Shown here: in pieces, positions 38,574 through 48,104 of the stretch
How the letters are laid out: every line of letters starts with the position of its first letter
Position numbering within the stretch: position 1 is the first letter of the stretch
From: Tannerella sp.
GTDB lineage: Bacteria; Bacteroidota; Bacteroidia; Bacteroidales; Tannerellaceae
Direction: 5' to 3'
NCBI GenBank assembly: GCA_031276175.1
Contig: JAISNP010000045.1
Span: 6,262 to 70,261, forward strand
DNA: 64,000 bases
Program-made: the position numbers and the translations under genes
The notes under the pieces: model-generated
Database searches by the model: none
What the model was told of the DNA's origin: nothing
The model's input: the letters and a program-made list of their open reading frames with translations, nothing else

Positions 38574-40013
38574 ATGGATAGCGATATTGGGATACATGGC
38601 ATTGTGGGTTTGGCGCTGGTTTTTTTGTATGCCGTTTCCGTGGTGGGGCTGGTGCTGGTGCTGTTGCTGGAGAACAGGAATCCGCTGAAGACGATACCCT
38701 GGGTTATCGTGCTGATACTGTTGCCGGGGTTGGGGTTGGTTTTTTACTTTTTCTTCGGTCAGGATAACCGGCGTCAGCGGATTATTTCGGGTCGGACGTA
38801 TAAGCGGATCGTGCGTCCGCTGTGGTCGAACCGCGGGGTGCACGATCCGGGGCGCGTGCCTCCGCAGTACGTGCCGCTGTGCAACCTGCTTGTGCGCAAC
38901 GGTCAGAGCGCGCTTTTCGACGGTTGCGGGCTGGAGTGTTTTACGGGCGGGGCGGAGAAGTTCGATGCGTTGCTGGAGGACATCCGGCAGGCGAAGCATC
39001 ATGTGCATTTGCAGTATTATATTTTTGCGGGCGACGAGACGGGCGGCCGTGTGCGCCGTGCGCTGATCGAGAAGGCGCGGGAAGGGGTCATCGTCCGCGT
39101 GCTGTATGACGACGTGGGGTGCTGGGACGTGAAGGCGTCGTTTTTCAACGAGATGCGCCGTGCGGGCGTGGAGGTGTATGCCTTTTTGCGCGTAGTGTTC
39201 CCGATTTTCACCAGTAAGGTGAACTATCGTAATCACCGTAAAGTGGTGGTTATCGACGGTCGGGTGGGGTATATAGGGGGGATGAATATTGCCGACCGTT
39301 ACGTGAGGGGTTCGTCGCTGGGCGTGTGGCGCGATACGCATTTCCGCGTCACGGGCAGGGGGGTGCACGGCCTGCAGTCGGCTTTTCTGCTGGACTGGTA
39401 TGCTGCGAGCCGTCGGCTGGTGAAGAGCCGCGCGTATTATCCCGACACCGGGGCGTGCGGCGAGGAGGTGATGCAGCTTGCCGTCAGCGGGCCTACCGGG
39501 CGGTGGCGCACGCTGCTTCAGGCCGTTACGTTCTGCATTTCAAACGCGAAGTCGTACCTGTACATCCAGACGCCGTATTTCCTGCCTACCGAGGCGTTGA
39601 ATCAGGCGTTGCAGGCGGTGGCGCTCGGCGGGGTGGACGTGCGGCTGATGCTGCCGAAACATTCGGACGCGCGCGCGGTCAACATGGCGACACATTCGTT
39701 TCTGGACGATATGATAAAGGCGGGCGTCAAGGTGTATTTCTACCGTTCGGGATTCCTTCATTCCAAGCTCCTGCTTTCCGACGACGCGATTGCCTGCATC
39801 GGTTCGGCCAACTTCGACTTCCGCAGTTTTGAGCATAACTTCGAGATCAACGCCTTTGTCTATCACGCGCCCTTTGCCCGGAGGATGAAGGAGATGTTTA
39901 TGCACGACCTTGCTACGGGGTGCGAACAGGTTGTGCCGTCGCAGTGGCTGTCGCGTTCCATCTTCGTCCGGATAGCCGAATCGTTCATGCGACTGTTTTC
40001 CCCGCTGCTTTGA
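38574..40013 (+). CDS. cls: Cardiolipin synthase
   Basis: 479 aa with two N-terminal TM helices and two HKD motifs (HRKVVVIDG, HSKLLLSDD). Confidence 0.9.
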   Translation: MDSDIGIHGIVGLALVFLYAVSVVGLVLVLLLENRNPLKTIPWVIVLILLPGLGLVFYFFFGQDNRRQRIISGRTYKRIVRPLWSNRGVHDPGRVPPQYVPLCNLLVRNGQSALFDGCGLECFTGGAEKFDALLEDIRQAKHHVHLQYYIFAGDETGGRVRRALIEKAREGVIVRVLYDDVGCWDVKASFFNEMRRAGVEVYAFLRVVFPIFTSKVNYRNHRKVVVIDGRVGYIGGMNIADRYVRGSSLGVWRDTHFRVTGRGVHGLQSAFLLDWYAASRRLVKSRAYYPDTGACGEEVMQLAVSGPTGRWRTLLQAVTFCISNAKSYLYIQTPYFLPTEALNQALQAVALGGVDVRLMLPKHSDARAVNMATHSFLDDMIKAGVKVYFYRSGFLHSKLLLSDDAIACIGSANFDFRSFEHNFEINAFVYHAPFARRMKEMFMHDLATGCEQVVPSQWLSRSIFVRIAESFMRLFSPLL

Positions 40014-40093
40014 CAGGCGGCTCCCGATGTATATATTTCCGCCTGCCGCGCGTGAGGCCTGCTGCCGCGTCCTGCGGGGCGCGACGGGGGGTT

Positions 40094-40213
40094 GCATTAG
40101 CTACCGGTCGGTAGCAGGCTTGGTTACCGGTCGGTAGCAGGCTTGGTTACCGGTCGGTAGCAGGCTTAGTTACCGGTCGGTAGCAGGCTTGGTTACCGGT
40201 CGGTAACTAATGC
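40094..40213. repeat. Tandem array G: 5 units of 23 bp (TACCGGTCGGTAGCAGGCTTGGT), bracketed by GCATTAG / CTAATGC
   Basis: TACCGGTCGGTA starts at 40102, 40125, 40148, 40171 and 40194. Each unit has a TACCG-GT-CGGTA mini-hairpin. Confidence 0.95.
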
Positions 40214-40215
40214 GA

Positions 40216-40252
40216 AAAAGCCCGGACGGGCTGTGAGGCCTGCCGGGCTTTT
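40216..40252. terminator. Hairpin AAAAGCCCGG...CCGGGCTTTT (bidirectional terminator candidate)
   Basis: A 10-bp stem flanked by an A-run and a T-run, lying between cls and the SusD remnant. Confidence 0.55.
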
Positions 40253-40264
40253 GTGATAAGGGGG

Positions 40265-40555
40265 TTAATACCATCCCGGATTGTTCTCGAATCCGTTCAG
40301 GCGGCAATCTCTTTCCGGTAGCGGGAAGAGCAGTTTGTACGGCAATATATTGTATGCTTCATTCGATAAATGGCATACTTGTTTGAGTTTGGCGGCATTA
40401 GCCTGAAGGCGCGCCTTTTCGGCATTACCGTGCGCCGTCATCACCTCAATTGCGCGTCCGGTGCGCAGGAGCTGGTACCAGCGGTGATTTTCGAACGCGA
40501 CTTCTACGCGTTGTTCGTGGAAGATCATTTCGCGCAAAGCCTCCTGATCTGCCGT
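40265..40555 (-). pseudogene. C-terminal remnant of a RagB/SusD-family outer-membrane nutrient-binding protein
   Basis: The translation ..ADQEALREMIFHEQRVEVAFENHRWYQLLRTGRA...PLPERDCRLNGFENNPGWY matches only the conserved SusD C-terminus. There is no N-terminal about 450 aa, no adjacent SusC, and the track 'M' is a TTG codon. Confidence 0.7.
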
Positions 40556-40591
40556 GGATTCAAACCGAAACCGGCCGGTTTCAAACCGAAA

Positions 40592-40620
40592 GCAGCTACG
40601 CCCAACGCGGACGTAGCTGC
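40592..40620 (-). terminator. Hairpin GCAGCTACG-N11-CGTAGCTGC downstream of the 1607-aa gene
   Basis: A perfect 9-bp stem 25 nt after the stop at 40645. There is no U-tract. Confidence 0.4.
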
Positions 40621-40644
40621 CTGTGAGGCGCTGTGAGGGCGATT

Positions 40645-43600
40645 TCAGGGCAATACCATTACTTTCGAGATGAAAACGGCTCCGCCTTTTACGTATGTAC
40701 GTACCAGATACATGCTTCCGGGTACGGCGGGCACGGAAGTGTGCGCGCGCGTTACGGCGGTGCGGTAAACGAGGTTGCCGGTAATTCCGTATATCTCGAC
40801 GGCGGTCGGCACGAATCCGGATGCGGATATGTGTATCATGCCGGATGTGGAATAGATGTGTATGCCGTGCGCGCCGGGGTTGTCGGCGCCTCCGGGGTTG
40901 TCGAAGCGGAGGGTGAAGCGATCGTTCAGCTCCGTTACGGCGTCGGCGGCGGGTACGGGACGTACGGTAAAGGTGTACGACGGGTTGCGGCGGAGGTCTA
41001 TTTCCGTGCCGCCGGCTTCGCGGTCGATCAGACAGGCCGGGAGGGGGAAGCGCTCGATTCCGCGGAAGTGGAGGGTGACGGGCTGCGAGGCGTTTTTCAG
41101 CCGGAGGCCGAGCGATACGGGTCGGTCGAAGTTGCCGCTTGCGTATATGGCGGTTGCCGTGCCTCCGTCGGCGATGGTATAGACCGACACGGGTACGCCG
41201 TCGAGGAAGGCTTTTCGCGAATCTTCGTCGGGGCGATACGCCGGCGCTGCGCCTGCGTCGTATACGATTGCCGTGGTGTTGGCGTGCGGCGGCTGCGAGG
41301 CCGTGATGTGCAGTACGGGCGGCGGCGCGGCTATGCGGGCGTTGGCACGGGGCGTCGACGGGTTGGCGACGGTCGTCGTCATGTCGGCGGACATCAGGAG
41401 GGTTTTGAAGGCGGGCGCGCCGGGTTTACGGGTGACGAAGAAGGATCGGAAGGGAGCTATGAACGGTTCTCTGTCGATCGCGACGGTGTCGGCGTCGGAT
41501 ATGGTGTAGCGCATCGTGTCTCCGGCGGCGAGCACGGTAACGAAGTCTTCGTCCGTATTGCCGCTCCACGTTTTGTAGGCCTTTTCTATTTTCCCGGCGT
41601 TGTCGGGGTGTGAGAGGAAAGCGCGTATGTCGAGGTATGCGGCGAAGGGGTTGGCTACCTGTATGAGGGCGAAGGCGTCGTCGACGGGCAGTTGCAACGT
41701 GCCCGCAGCTGTGAGCACGTTGTCGGTGATGAAGCGGCGTGCGCTGTCGCGTGCAAGCGTGCCGGTGGTATTTCCGCCGGCGTCGGTGTAAGTCGTGAAC
41801 GATGTTTTCGGAAACGTGAATCGTTTGCCCTGAGTATCGGGCAATACGAATATGTTGAAAGTTTTTCCGAGCGGAAGCGGTGCGGCCACGCTTCCGAACG
41901 TGGCGGTGTAGGTTTTTTCTGCGGCCACGCTTCCCGGATAGTCGGGGTTGGCGGACTGGAAGAAGTTCATGTACACCAGCCCCCATTCCGGGCGGTTGGC
42001 GGCTCCGGCGAAGTGGTAATCGCCCGTATACATATGCTTAAAGGGTGCGGAGAGCATGACGAAGCGGTTTTTTTCGTCCGGCGCAGGTTCACAGTCCATC
42101 GAGGCGGCTGCGTAGGCGAGCCGGTGGATTCCGGCGATCATCGCCCTGTCTTCGAGGTGGATGTTTCTACATGCGTAGCGGTACGTATTGCCGTCGTTCG
42201 TATTCAGCGTGGGGTAGTGTGGGAGGTTTTTACCTATGACTACGTCGACGCAGCTTCCGGTGGATGCCGGCGTCCATGCGGCGGCCTTCGCGCGACCGTT
42301 TACGATTTGCACCCAGTTTGCGGGGTTCATCCAGTCGCTGTCTGCGGATCCCGTCCAGCGCATGGTGTCTGCGTTTCCGGATGTGCCGACGGCCTTTACG
42401 GTCAGTTTCCCCTTCGGGAAATCTTTGGCGCTGTACGTCGCCCATGTGCCGGTGGCGACTTGGGAGAAGTCGGGTTTGACGAAGTACGTGGTGTCCTTCG
42501 ATATGCCTTCGATATGCGGGAAAGCGTCGCCGAGGAACGTTGCGCCGTCTGCGGCGTACCATTTGAAGGCCATGCGCGCGTCTGTTTTTTTCAGGCAGAG
42601 GGTGTAGTTGCTTCCGGCGCAGGCGGCGAAGCTTCCGCTGCAGCTTTCTATAATATATATGTATATGTGCGCCGTTCGGGCGGTTGCGCCGCAGGTTATG
42701 GAGTAGGCGAGGTCGAGCACTCCGCCGCCGAAGTCGCCCGCGCCGGGGGCGGTATACATCAGGCGGTTGTTCACGATGCGTATTTCGCCGAAGGCGCCGC
42801 TGAGTACGCCTTTGCCGCCGGGCGTCGTGATGTGGTCGCGGGTCAGGGTTGTGCCGGCGCAGGCTCCTTCGAGTACGTCGTTGGCCAGCACGTCGATCAT
42901 TATCGTGCCGTAGCGCGGCGCGACGGCCAGGTCTTCGCGCAGAAGGAACAGCGCGACTTCGGCATGATTGTCCGCCCAGTTACATTCGCGCATTCTGCCG
43001 GGGCGAAAGGCTCCGTCGACGAGCGTGCCGTCGCCGACGATGATGTCGTACATGTCGTTCATGTTGGGAATGTTGAACGAGTATTCGGCCGTATCTCCGG
43101 GAAACAGGTTTTGGCCTGTGTAGGCAGACGTTTGTGCGGGCGTCTGCCTGTTTCGGTATATGCGTATGGGCGTACTTGCGAAAAGCGTGGCGTTGCCGGT
43201 GTTGGCGATTTTGAAGGTAAGCTTGTTGCCGGTCGCGATGCGTGTGTCGAGCACGACGGCGTCGGCGGTGTATACGATCGGAGTGACGACTTCCTTGCCG
43301 TTAGCCGTCGTGTAGCTCGACGAGATTACGGCCTGCATGATGTTGCCGTTGTAGACGAAGGAAGGCGCGTCGTCGGTCGCGTTTTTATAAAAGCGGTAGT
43401 CCGGGTCGAGCGGGCGGAAGTTGGGCACGGGCGTTTGCAGGTTTTCGTTAATCTTCATCGGGTGGTAATGAAACTGGTTCCAGACGGTGGGCGCCGGCGC
43501 GAGGTCGTGGTTGGCTCCTTCGACGACGAGGATGAACGACTTCACGTTGTTCGTGCCTCCGGCGGAGCGCCCCATGACGATCATGTCCGCCGATCCGTCG

Positions 43601-45468
43601 TCGTCCACATCGGCAATGGCCGGATACTCGTATGCCGTATACGAGAGGCACGGCGTTTTGAGTCGGATGACGCTTGCGCTCGTTTCGTTGAGGGTGACGT
43701 AAGACATTTTGGCGGAGATGATACGCAGCGTCTGTTCGTCGCGGTAGCAAATGTCGACCGTTCCGTCGTTGTCGAAGTCGAAAAGCGAGAATCCGGTGTT
43801 GACCGAACGGTCTTCGTGTTCCAGCATAAACGACACCTTGAGCCGGTTGCTTCGGGTCAGTCCCGGCGTATCGTCCCAGGTAAAGGAAATGAGGCATCCG
43901 TCGCTTCGCGGAGACAGAGACATGTTGGAGGTAATCCGTCCGTCGCCGCCGTTAGCCCGCAGCACGTTGGGGTGAACCGGTATGCCGGTCATTGCGAGGC
44001 TGACGCCTGTGGCATTAAACGGTCGTCCGCAGATGAGGGATATTTCGGGCAGCTTTTTGCCGTTTTGCGTCTTGCCGTCGATGTCGCCGATAAAGAGATA
44101 GGACGAATATCCCCAGTCGCCGTACGAATTGTCGGCGCGGAAAGTTACGCGGCCTTCCGTGACGCCCTTTTTGGTTTGGAAATCGGGTTCCCAAACCGTC
44201 AGCGTAAAGTTCTTGACGTCGTGCTGGGTTATGACGTTGCAGTGCTGGACTACCACTTCGGCGCGCCCGTCTCCGTCGATGTCGGCCACGGCCGTGCGTC
44301 CGTCCAGCGTTTCCGCGTGCTGGAGTATGCTGTACGTTCCGGTCTTCGTGTTAATGTTGTAGTATATCTTGCCGCCTGCTACGAAGTCGTATTTGCCGTC
44401 GCCGTCCATGTCGTAAATTGCGGGGAAGGCCACGGACGACTCGTAGTAAGTGTCGTTATGCGCATTGCCGTTGCGGTCGCCCGTGTAGGGGTAGAGGCAG
44501 AACGAACCGATGTAGGCCGTCTTTCGGTCGCGCACGTCCGCAGGGTTGCGCCCCATCTCTTCGAGCTTCATGATGTAGGCGCCGGTTACGGCGTTGTATA
44601 TTTTGTTGTATACGATAAGCTCCGGTATTCCGTCGCCCTCGATGTCGACTGCCTGCGGGATGGGATAATCGTAATTGCGGCTTCCGTCGCCGTCGGCGAA
44701 AGACTGATTGTTTACGCCCCAGGCGTCGTAGCGCACGGAGGTTTTCCATTTCTGCCTGAACGAGAACGTGCGGCGGTTAAGTATTTCGAACGAGGCAATC
44801 TGCTTCCTGTAATCGTTTGTGCCGCTGACGGACGTACTGTTAAAGCAAACGATCACTTCTCCCAAGCCGTTGCGGTCGGCATCCAGCAGTACGATTTGGC
44901 ACGGCGAGGCGTGGTAGCCGTCCGCGCAGTGCCTCACCGGAGCCGGAAGCGTGAAGCGCGTAAGCACATCGCCCGTCTGCCCGTTGAATACGTAAAGGTA
45001 TGGAGACGCGGAGGTGGCCAAACTGCCGTTAAGGCTTAAGGCTACGATTTCGGGCTTTCCGTCTCCGTTCAGGTCGCCGACCAGCGGCACCGAAAAGCCG
45101 TACAGCGCGTCGTCGGAATTGTCGCCTCCGGGCGCGCCGTCTCTCTGCCAGAACATTTGCTGGGGCGAAAAATTCACGCTGCCCATGTGCGTAAAGCAAC
45201 GAATCATGAGCGAATCCACGTAGCCCAGCGGATAAGGCAGCGCGCGCTTCAGGGGGACGCCGGAAGGTTCCGGCACGTCGTCGACGATTATCTTTCTCAC
45301 TGTAAATGCCGGATTGCCGGCCTCAGGCAACGTGTCATGCCGTGCGGACGATTGCCGCGCAGGGACGGAAAGGCCGGTTGCGCCCGACCACATCGTACAC
45401 GTAAGGAGGGAAAAGGCGATTATGCCCCTGCCCAGTCTTCTCTCGATTTTTTTTCTGCTCTCTCTCAT
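40645..45468 (-). CDS. Very large secreted FG-GAP/VCBS-repeat protein with T9SS C-terminal sorting domain
   Basis: 1607 aa with a signal peptide. It has at least 6 Ca-binding FG-GAP-like loops (GDLNGDGKPEIV, DIEGDGIPELIV, DMDGDGKYDFV, DIDGDGRAEVV, DFDNDGTVDICY, DVDDDGSADMIV) and a C-terminal beta-sandwich ..VEIYGITGNLVY...MYLVRT. Confidence 0.8.
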   Translation of the reverse strand: MRESRKKIERRLGRGIIAFSLLTCTMWSGATGLSVPARQSSARHDTLPEAGNPAFTVRKIIVDDVPEPSGVPLKRALPYPLGYVDSLMIRCFTHMGSVNFSPQQMFWQRDGAPGGDNSDDALYGFSVPLVGDLNGDGKPEIVALSLNGSLATSASPYLYVFNGQTGDVLTRFTLPAPVRHCADGYHASPCQIVLLDADRNGLGEVIVCFNSTSVSGTNDYRKQIASFEILNRRTFSFRQKWKTSVRYDAWGVNNQSFADGDGSRNYDYPIPQAVDIEGDGIPELIVYNKIYNAVTGAYIMKLEEMGRNPADVRDRKTAYIGSFCLYPYTGDRNGNAHNDTYYESSVAFPAIYDMDGDGKYDFVAGGKIYYNINTKTGTYSILQHAETLDGRTAVADIDGDGRAEVVVQHCNVITQHDVKNFTLTVWEPDFQTKKGVTEGRVTFRADNSYGDWGYSSYLFIGDIDGKTQNGKKLPEISLICGRPFNATGVSLAMTGIPVHPNVLRANGGDGRITSNMSLSPRSDGCLISFTWDDTPGLTRSNRLKVSFMLEHEDRSVNTGFSLFDFDNDGTVDICYRDEQTLRIISAKMSYVTLNETSASVIRLKTPCLSYTAYEYPAIADVDDDGSADMIVMGRSAGGTNNVKSFILVVEGANHDLAPAPTVWNQFHYHPMKINENLQTPVPNFRPLDPDYRFYKNATDDAPSFVYNGNIMQAVISSSYTTANGKEVVTPIVYTADAVVLDTRIATGNKLTFKIANTGNATLFASTPIRIYRNRQTPAQTSAYTGQNLFPGDTAEYSFNIPNMNDMYDIIVGDGTLVDGAFRPGRMRECNWADNHAEVALFLLREDLAVAPRYGTIMIDVLANDVLEGACAGTTLTRDHITTPGGKGVLSGAFGEIRIVNNRLMYTAPGAGDFGGGVLDLAYSITCGATARTAHIYIYIIESCSGSFAACAGSNYTLCLKKTDARMAFKWYAADGATFLGDAFPHIEGISKDTTYFVKPDFSQVATGTWATYSAKDFPKGKLTVKAVGTSGNADTMRWTGSADSDWMNPANWVQIVNGRAKAAAWTPASTGSCVDVVIGKNLPHYPTLNTNDGNTYRYACRNIHLEDRAMIAGIHRLAYAAASMDCEPAPDEKNRFVMLSAPFKHMYTGDYHFAGAANRPEWGLVYMNFFQSANPDYPGSVAAEKTYTATFGSVAAPLPLGKTFNIFVLPDTQGKRFTFPKTSFTTYTDAGGNTTGTLARDSARRFITDNVLTAAGTLQLPVDDAFALIQVANPFAAYLDIRAFLSHPDNAGKIEKAYKTWSGNTDEDFVTVLAAGDTMRYTISDADTVAIDREPFIAPFRSFFVTRKPGAPAFKTLLMSADMTTTVANPSTPRANARIAAPPPVLHITASQPPHANTTAIVYDAGAAPAYRPDEDSRKAFLDGVPVSVYTIADGGTATAIYASGNFDRPVSLGLRLKNASQPVTLHFRGIERFPLPACLIDREAGGTEIDLRRNPSYTFTVRPVPAADAVTELNDRFTLRFDNPGGADNPGAHGIHIYSTSGMIHISASGFVPTAVEIYGITGNLVYRTAVTRAHTSVPAVPGSMYLVRTYVKGGAVFISKVMVLP

Positions 45469-45627
45469 TTCTTAAAATATAAAACGTGAATAAAAACGCT
45501 TCCCCGTAGCGACGCGCATCCCGGCGGTTGTACATCGCAGATGCCGCCACATTCCGGACGGAATACGGCTACGCAAAATACCGCCGGACGGACGCATCCG
45601 AATCCGCGTTATCCCGCGTTACACACG

Positions 45628-45635
45628 CAAAGATA
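45628..45635 (-). promoter_or_regulatory. -7 promoter box (TATCTTTG on minus strand)
   Basis: Matches TAnnTTTG about 160 nt upstream of the start at 45468. Confidence 0.45.
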
Positions 45636-45744
45636 ATTATTCCAAACGATACTGCGGTAATTATATGCCGGTTAAAAAGTATAATGATGTGCGCGCAGGT
45701 ATAAAAAATACGGAACAGATGCGGCGTTTTTCCGCGCTTTCCCG

Positions 45745-45752
45745 TACTTTTG
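45745..45752 (+). promoter_or_regulatory. -7 promoter box TACTTTTG for mnmA
   Basis: Matches TAnnTTTG 21 nt before the ATG at 45773. Confidence 0.6.
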
Positions 45753-45772
45753 CACCATCGTAAACAACAGAA

Positions 45773-46843
45773 ATGAAGATGGAAATAGCGGCGCTGGTAT
45801 CGGGCGGAGTAGACAGCTCCGTAGTCGTGCACCTGCTCAAGGCGCAGGGGTACGAGCCGGTCATATTTTATATCCGCATCAGCCCGGATGCGGACGACGG
45901 CTATGCGGGCTGTTCGGCGGAAGAAGACATTGAAATCACGTCGCTGACGGCCAAGAAATACGGCTGTCGCTTCGAAATCGTCTCGCTCCACAACGAATAC
46001 TGGGAAAAAGTAGTCGGCTACACCATCGACGCGGTCAGGCGCGGGCTGACGCCGAATCCGGACGTGATGTGCAACAAATATATCAAGTTCGGATGCTTCG
46101 AGGAGCGTTGGGGACGGGATTTCGACAAAATCGCAACGGGTCATTATGCCGACGTCGCAGATATACGCGGCCGGTCGTGGCTTGCAACGGCAAAAGATCC
46201 GGTCAAAGACCAGACCGATTTCCTCGCGCAAATCGGCGGGCTGCAAATATCGAAGCTGATGTTTCCCGTCGGGCGACTGATGAAAAGCGAAGTGCGCGAA
46301 ATTGCAACCGCGCACAACCTGCCCGCCGCGCGGCGGAAGGACAGCCAGGGCATATGCTTCCTCGGAAAAATCAATTACAACGACTTCATAGCGCGATACC
46401 TCGGACAAATGCCCGGCGAAATCGTAGAATTGGAGACGGGACGCACGGTCGGAACCCACCGCGGATACTGGTTTCATACAATCGGTCAGCGAAAAGGCCT
46501 GGGGCTGAGCGGCGGCCCGTGGTTCGTGGTGAAAAAAGACATCGACAGGAACGTCGTCTACGTATCCAACGGCTACGACCCCGAAACGCAGTACGGCACG
46601 ACCGTCGAAGTGCGCGATTTCCACTTTATCACCGAAGACCCGTGGGGCGAGTATACCGGTGCAAAAGAAATCACGTTCAAAATCCGCCACACGCCCGAAT
46701 TTACGCGCGGCGCCATCGTCCGCGCAGGCAACATGTACCGCATCGAAAGCGAAAAGAAAATCCAGGGAATAGCCACAGGTCAGTTTGCCGTGGTTTACGA
46801 TAAGGAAAGCCGCCTCTGCTACGGCAGCGGGGTGATTGTTTGA
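45773..46843 (+). CDS. mnmA: tRNA 2-thiouridine(34) synthase
   Basis: 356 aa with the PP-loop [11 protein letters not shown] and conserved catalytic Cys contexts. Confidence 0.93.
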   Translation: MKMEIAALVSGGVDSSVVVHLLKAQGYEPVIFYIRISPDADDGYAGCSAEEDIEITSLTAKKYGCRFEIVSLHNEYWEKVVGYTIDAVRRGLTPNPDVMCNKYIKFGCFEERWGRDFDKIATGHYADVADIRGRSWLATAKDPVKDQTDFLAQIGGLQISKLMFPVGRLMKSEVREIATAHNLPAARRKDSQGICFLGKINYNDFIARYLGQMPGEIVELETGRTVGTHRGYWFHTIGQRKGLGLSGGPWFVVKKDIDRNVVYVSNGYDPETQYGTTVEVRDFHFITEDPWGEYTGAKEITFKIRHTPEFTRGAIVRAGNMYRIESEKKIQGIATGQFAVVYDKESRLCYGSGVIV

Positions 46844-46860
46844 TTCCTTCCGGGCGTATA

Positions 46861-47784
46861 TTACCGTCCGCTCTTCCGGTCTGCTCCGTTACACGTATCC
46901 GTACATTCGGCTCCGTCCGTTTCAAATTCGAGCGTGGCGTGCGTGATCGCCTTTTTGCGCAGGATGAGCTTGAGGCTGCGCTTGACGGTTTCCATCCTCC
47001 CCGCATCGTCCACGACGATATGCGCGGTAAGCGCCGTTTCGGTTGTGCTCAACGCCCAGATATGCGTATGGTGAATGTCGCGGATGCCGTCGACGGCGCG
47101 CATGGCCGCTTCGATGTCGTCGATACTTATTCCTGCCGGCACCCCGTCGAGGGAGAGACGGACGCTGTCCCGCAAAAGTTGCCACGTAGCATGAACGATC
47201 ACGGCGGCGACTGTCAGCCCGATGACGGGATCCGGAATCAGCCATCCCGTGTATGCAATCACGATGCCCGAAACCATTACCCCGGCCGATACGAGCGCGT
47301 CGGCGGCCATGTGGAGGTATGCGCCTTTCACGTTCAGGTCTTTCTCCCTGTTTTTCATGAACAGCCATGCCGTGAAAGCGTTGATGAGCACGCCTGTGGC
47401 CGCCACCCATGCGATGACGCCTCCTTCGACGGGTTGCGGGCTGATGATTTTGCCGATACTTTCCGCCGCGATGACGCCCACGGCGATAAGCAGGAGTATG
47501 GCGTTTAAGAGCGAAATCAGAATCGTGCTTTTCTTATACCCGTAAGTATATTTGCTGTTGGCATTGATTTCGGACAGCCTGAAAGCCAGCATGGCCAGAA
47601 TCAGGCTGACTACGTCGCTGAGGTTATGCCCCGCGTCGGACATCAACCCGACCGAGCGGGTGGCGAATCCGGCAATAAATTCGAATAAAACGAATAGGGC
47701 GTTCAGCGTAATGCCGATAATGAAGGCTCTGTTGAGCGACGAGATTTCGTGTCTGCCTGCATGTTCGTGATGAGGATGTGCCAT
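46861..47784 (-). CDS. Cation diffusion facilitator family metal exporter (CzcD-like)
   Basis: 307 aa from MAHPHHEH with 6 TM helices, HxxxD-type sites and a C-terminal cytoplasmic domain. Confidence 0.88.
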   Translation of the reverse strand: MAHPHHEHAGRHEISSLNRAFIIGITLNALFVLFEFIAGFATRSVGLMSDAGHNLSDVVSLILAMLAFRLSEINANSKYTYGYKKSTILISLLNAILLLIAVGVIAAESIGKIISPQPVEGGVIAWVAATGVLINAFTAWLFMKNREKDLNVKGAYLHMAADALVSAGVMVSGIVIAYTGWLIPDPVIGLTVAAVIVHATWQLLRDSVRLSLDGVPAGISIDDIEAAMRAVDGIRDIHHTHIWALSTTETALTAHIVVDDAGRMETVKRSLKLILRKKAITHATLEFETDGAECTDTCNGADRKSGR

Positions 47785-47801
47785 TGCTGTTGTTTTTTTG
47801 G

Positions 47802-47809
47802 CAAAGATA
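47802..47809 (-). promoter_or_regulatory. -7 promoter box (TATCTTTG on minus strand)
   Basis: Matches TAnnTTTG about 18 nt upstream of the ATG at 47784. Confidence 0.55.
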
Positions 47810-47869
47810 CGGATTTTCGCACCTTTTGCCGATTCGGTGCGCAAAAAACCATCTAAAGGAGTGTAAATG

Positions 47870-47894
47870 AATAAAACCCGCTGCGTTAGCGGGT
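47870..47894 (-). terminator. Intrinsic terminator after tRNA-Ser (ACCCGCT-N5-AGCGGGT followed by UUUUAUU on minus strand)
   Basis: A perfect 7-bp stem and T-tract immediately 3' of the tRNA. Confidence 0.65.
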
Positions 47895-47898
47895 CTTA

Positions 47899-47988
47899 TG
47901 GCGGAAAGAGGGGGATTCGAACCCCCGGTACGGTAACCCGTACGACAGTTTAGCAAACTGTTGGTTTAAGCCACTCACCCATCTTTCC
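47899..47988 (-). tRNA. tRNA-Ser (anticodon GCT), CCA encoded
   Basis: Hand-folded cloverleaf. Acceptor GGAAAGA/TCTTTCC; anticodon stem ACAGT/ACTGT with loop TTGCTAA; long variable arm GTACGG-GTTA-CCGTAC; T arm GGGGG-TTCGAAT-CCCCC; discriminator G followed by CCA. Confidence 0.9.
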
Positions 47989-48037
47989 GGAAAACTTTTC
48001 GTCGGTGCAGCGTTCGCTGCTTGCCGTAAAAACGGTG

Positions 48038-48045
48038 CAAAGATA
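48038..48045 (-). promoter_or_regulatory. -7 promoter box (TATCTTTG on minus strand) for tRNA-Ser
   Basis: Matches TAnnTTTG about 50 nt upstream of the mature tRNA 5' end. Confidence 0.5.
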
Positions 48046-48104
48046 ATGTATATTTTAAATTGCACAAAATTTTTGCCCGTTCGGCTATTTCTTTTGCCGG
48101 ATGC

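Noticed and set aside
40265-40537. Intact 90-aa gene
   Set aside because: The 'M' on the track is a TTG codon. Homology to the SusD C-terminus continues upstream of it to about 40555 with no start. It is called a pseudogene fragment instead.
41692-45039. 1115-aa ORF on the plus strand (also 40633-41613, 326 aa)
   Set aside because: It is entirely antisense to the well-supported 1607-aa FG-GAP/T9SS gene. Its Val/Gly/Arg/Ala-rich low-complexity composition is typical of shadow frames in GC-rich DNA, and it has no promoter box or recognisable motif.
47899-47988. tRNA-Ser as the attachment site of a genomic island
   Set aside because: Both flanks are ordinary genes (a CDF exporter and a ClC channel). 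There is no integrase, no direct repeat of the tRNA 3' end, and no visible compositional shift.
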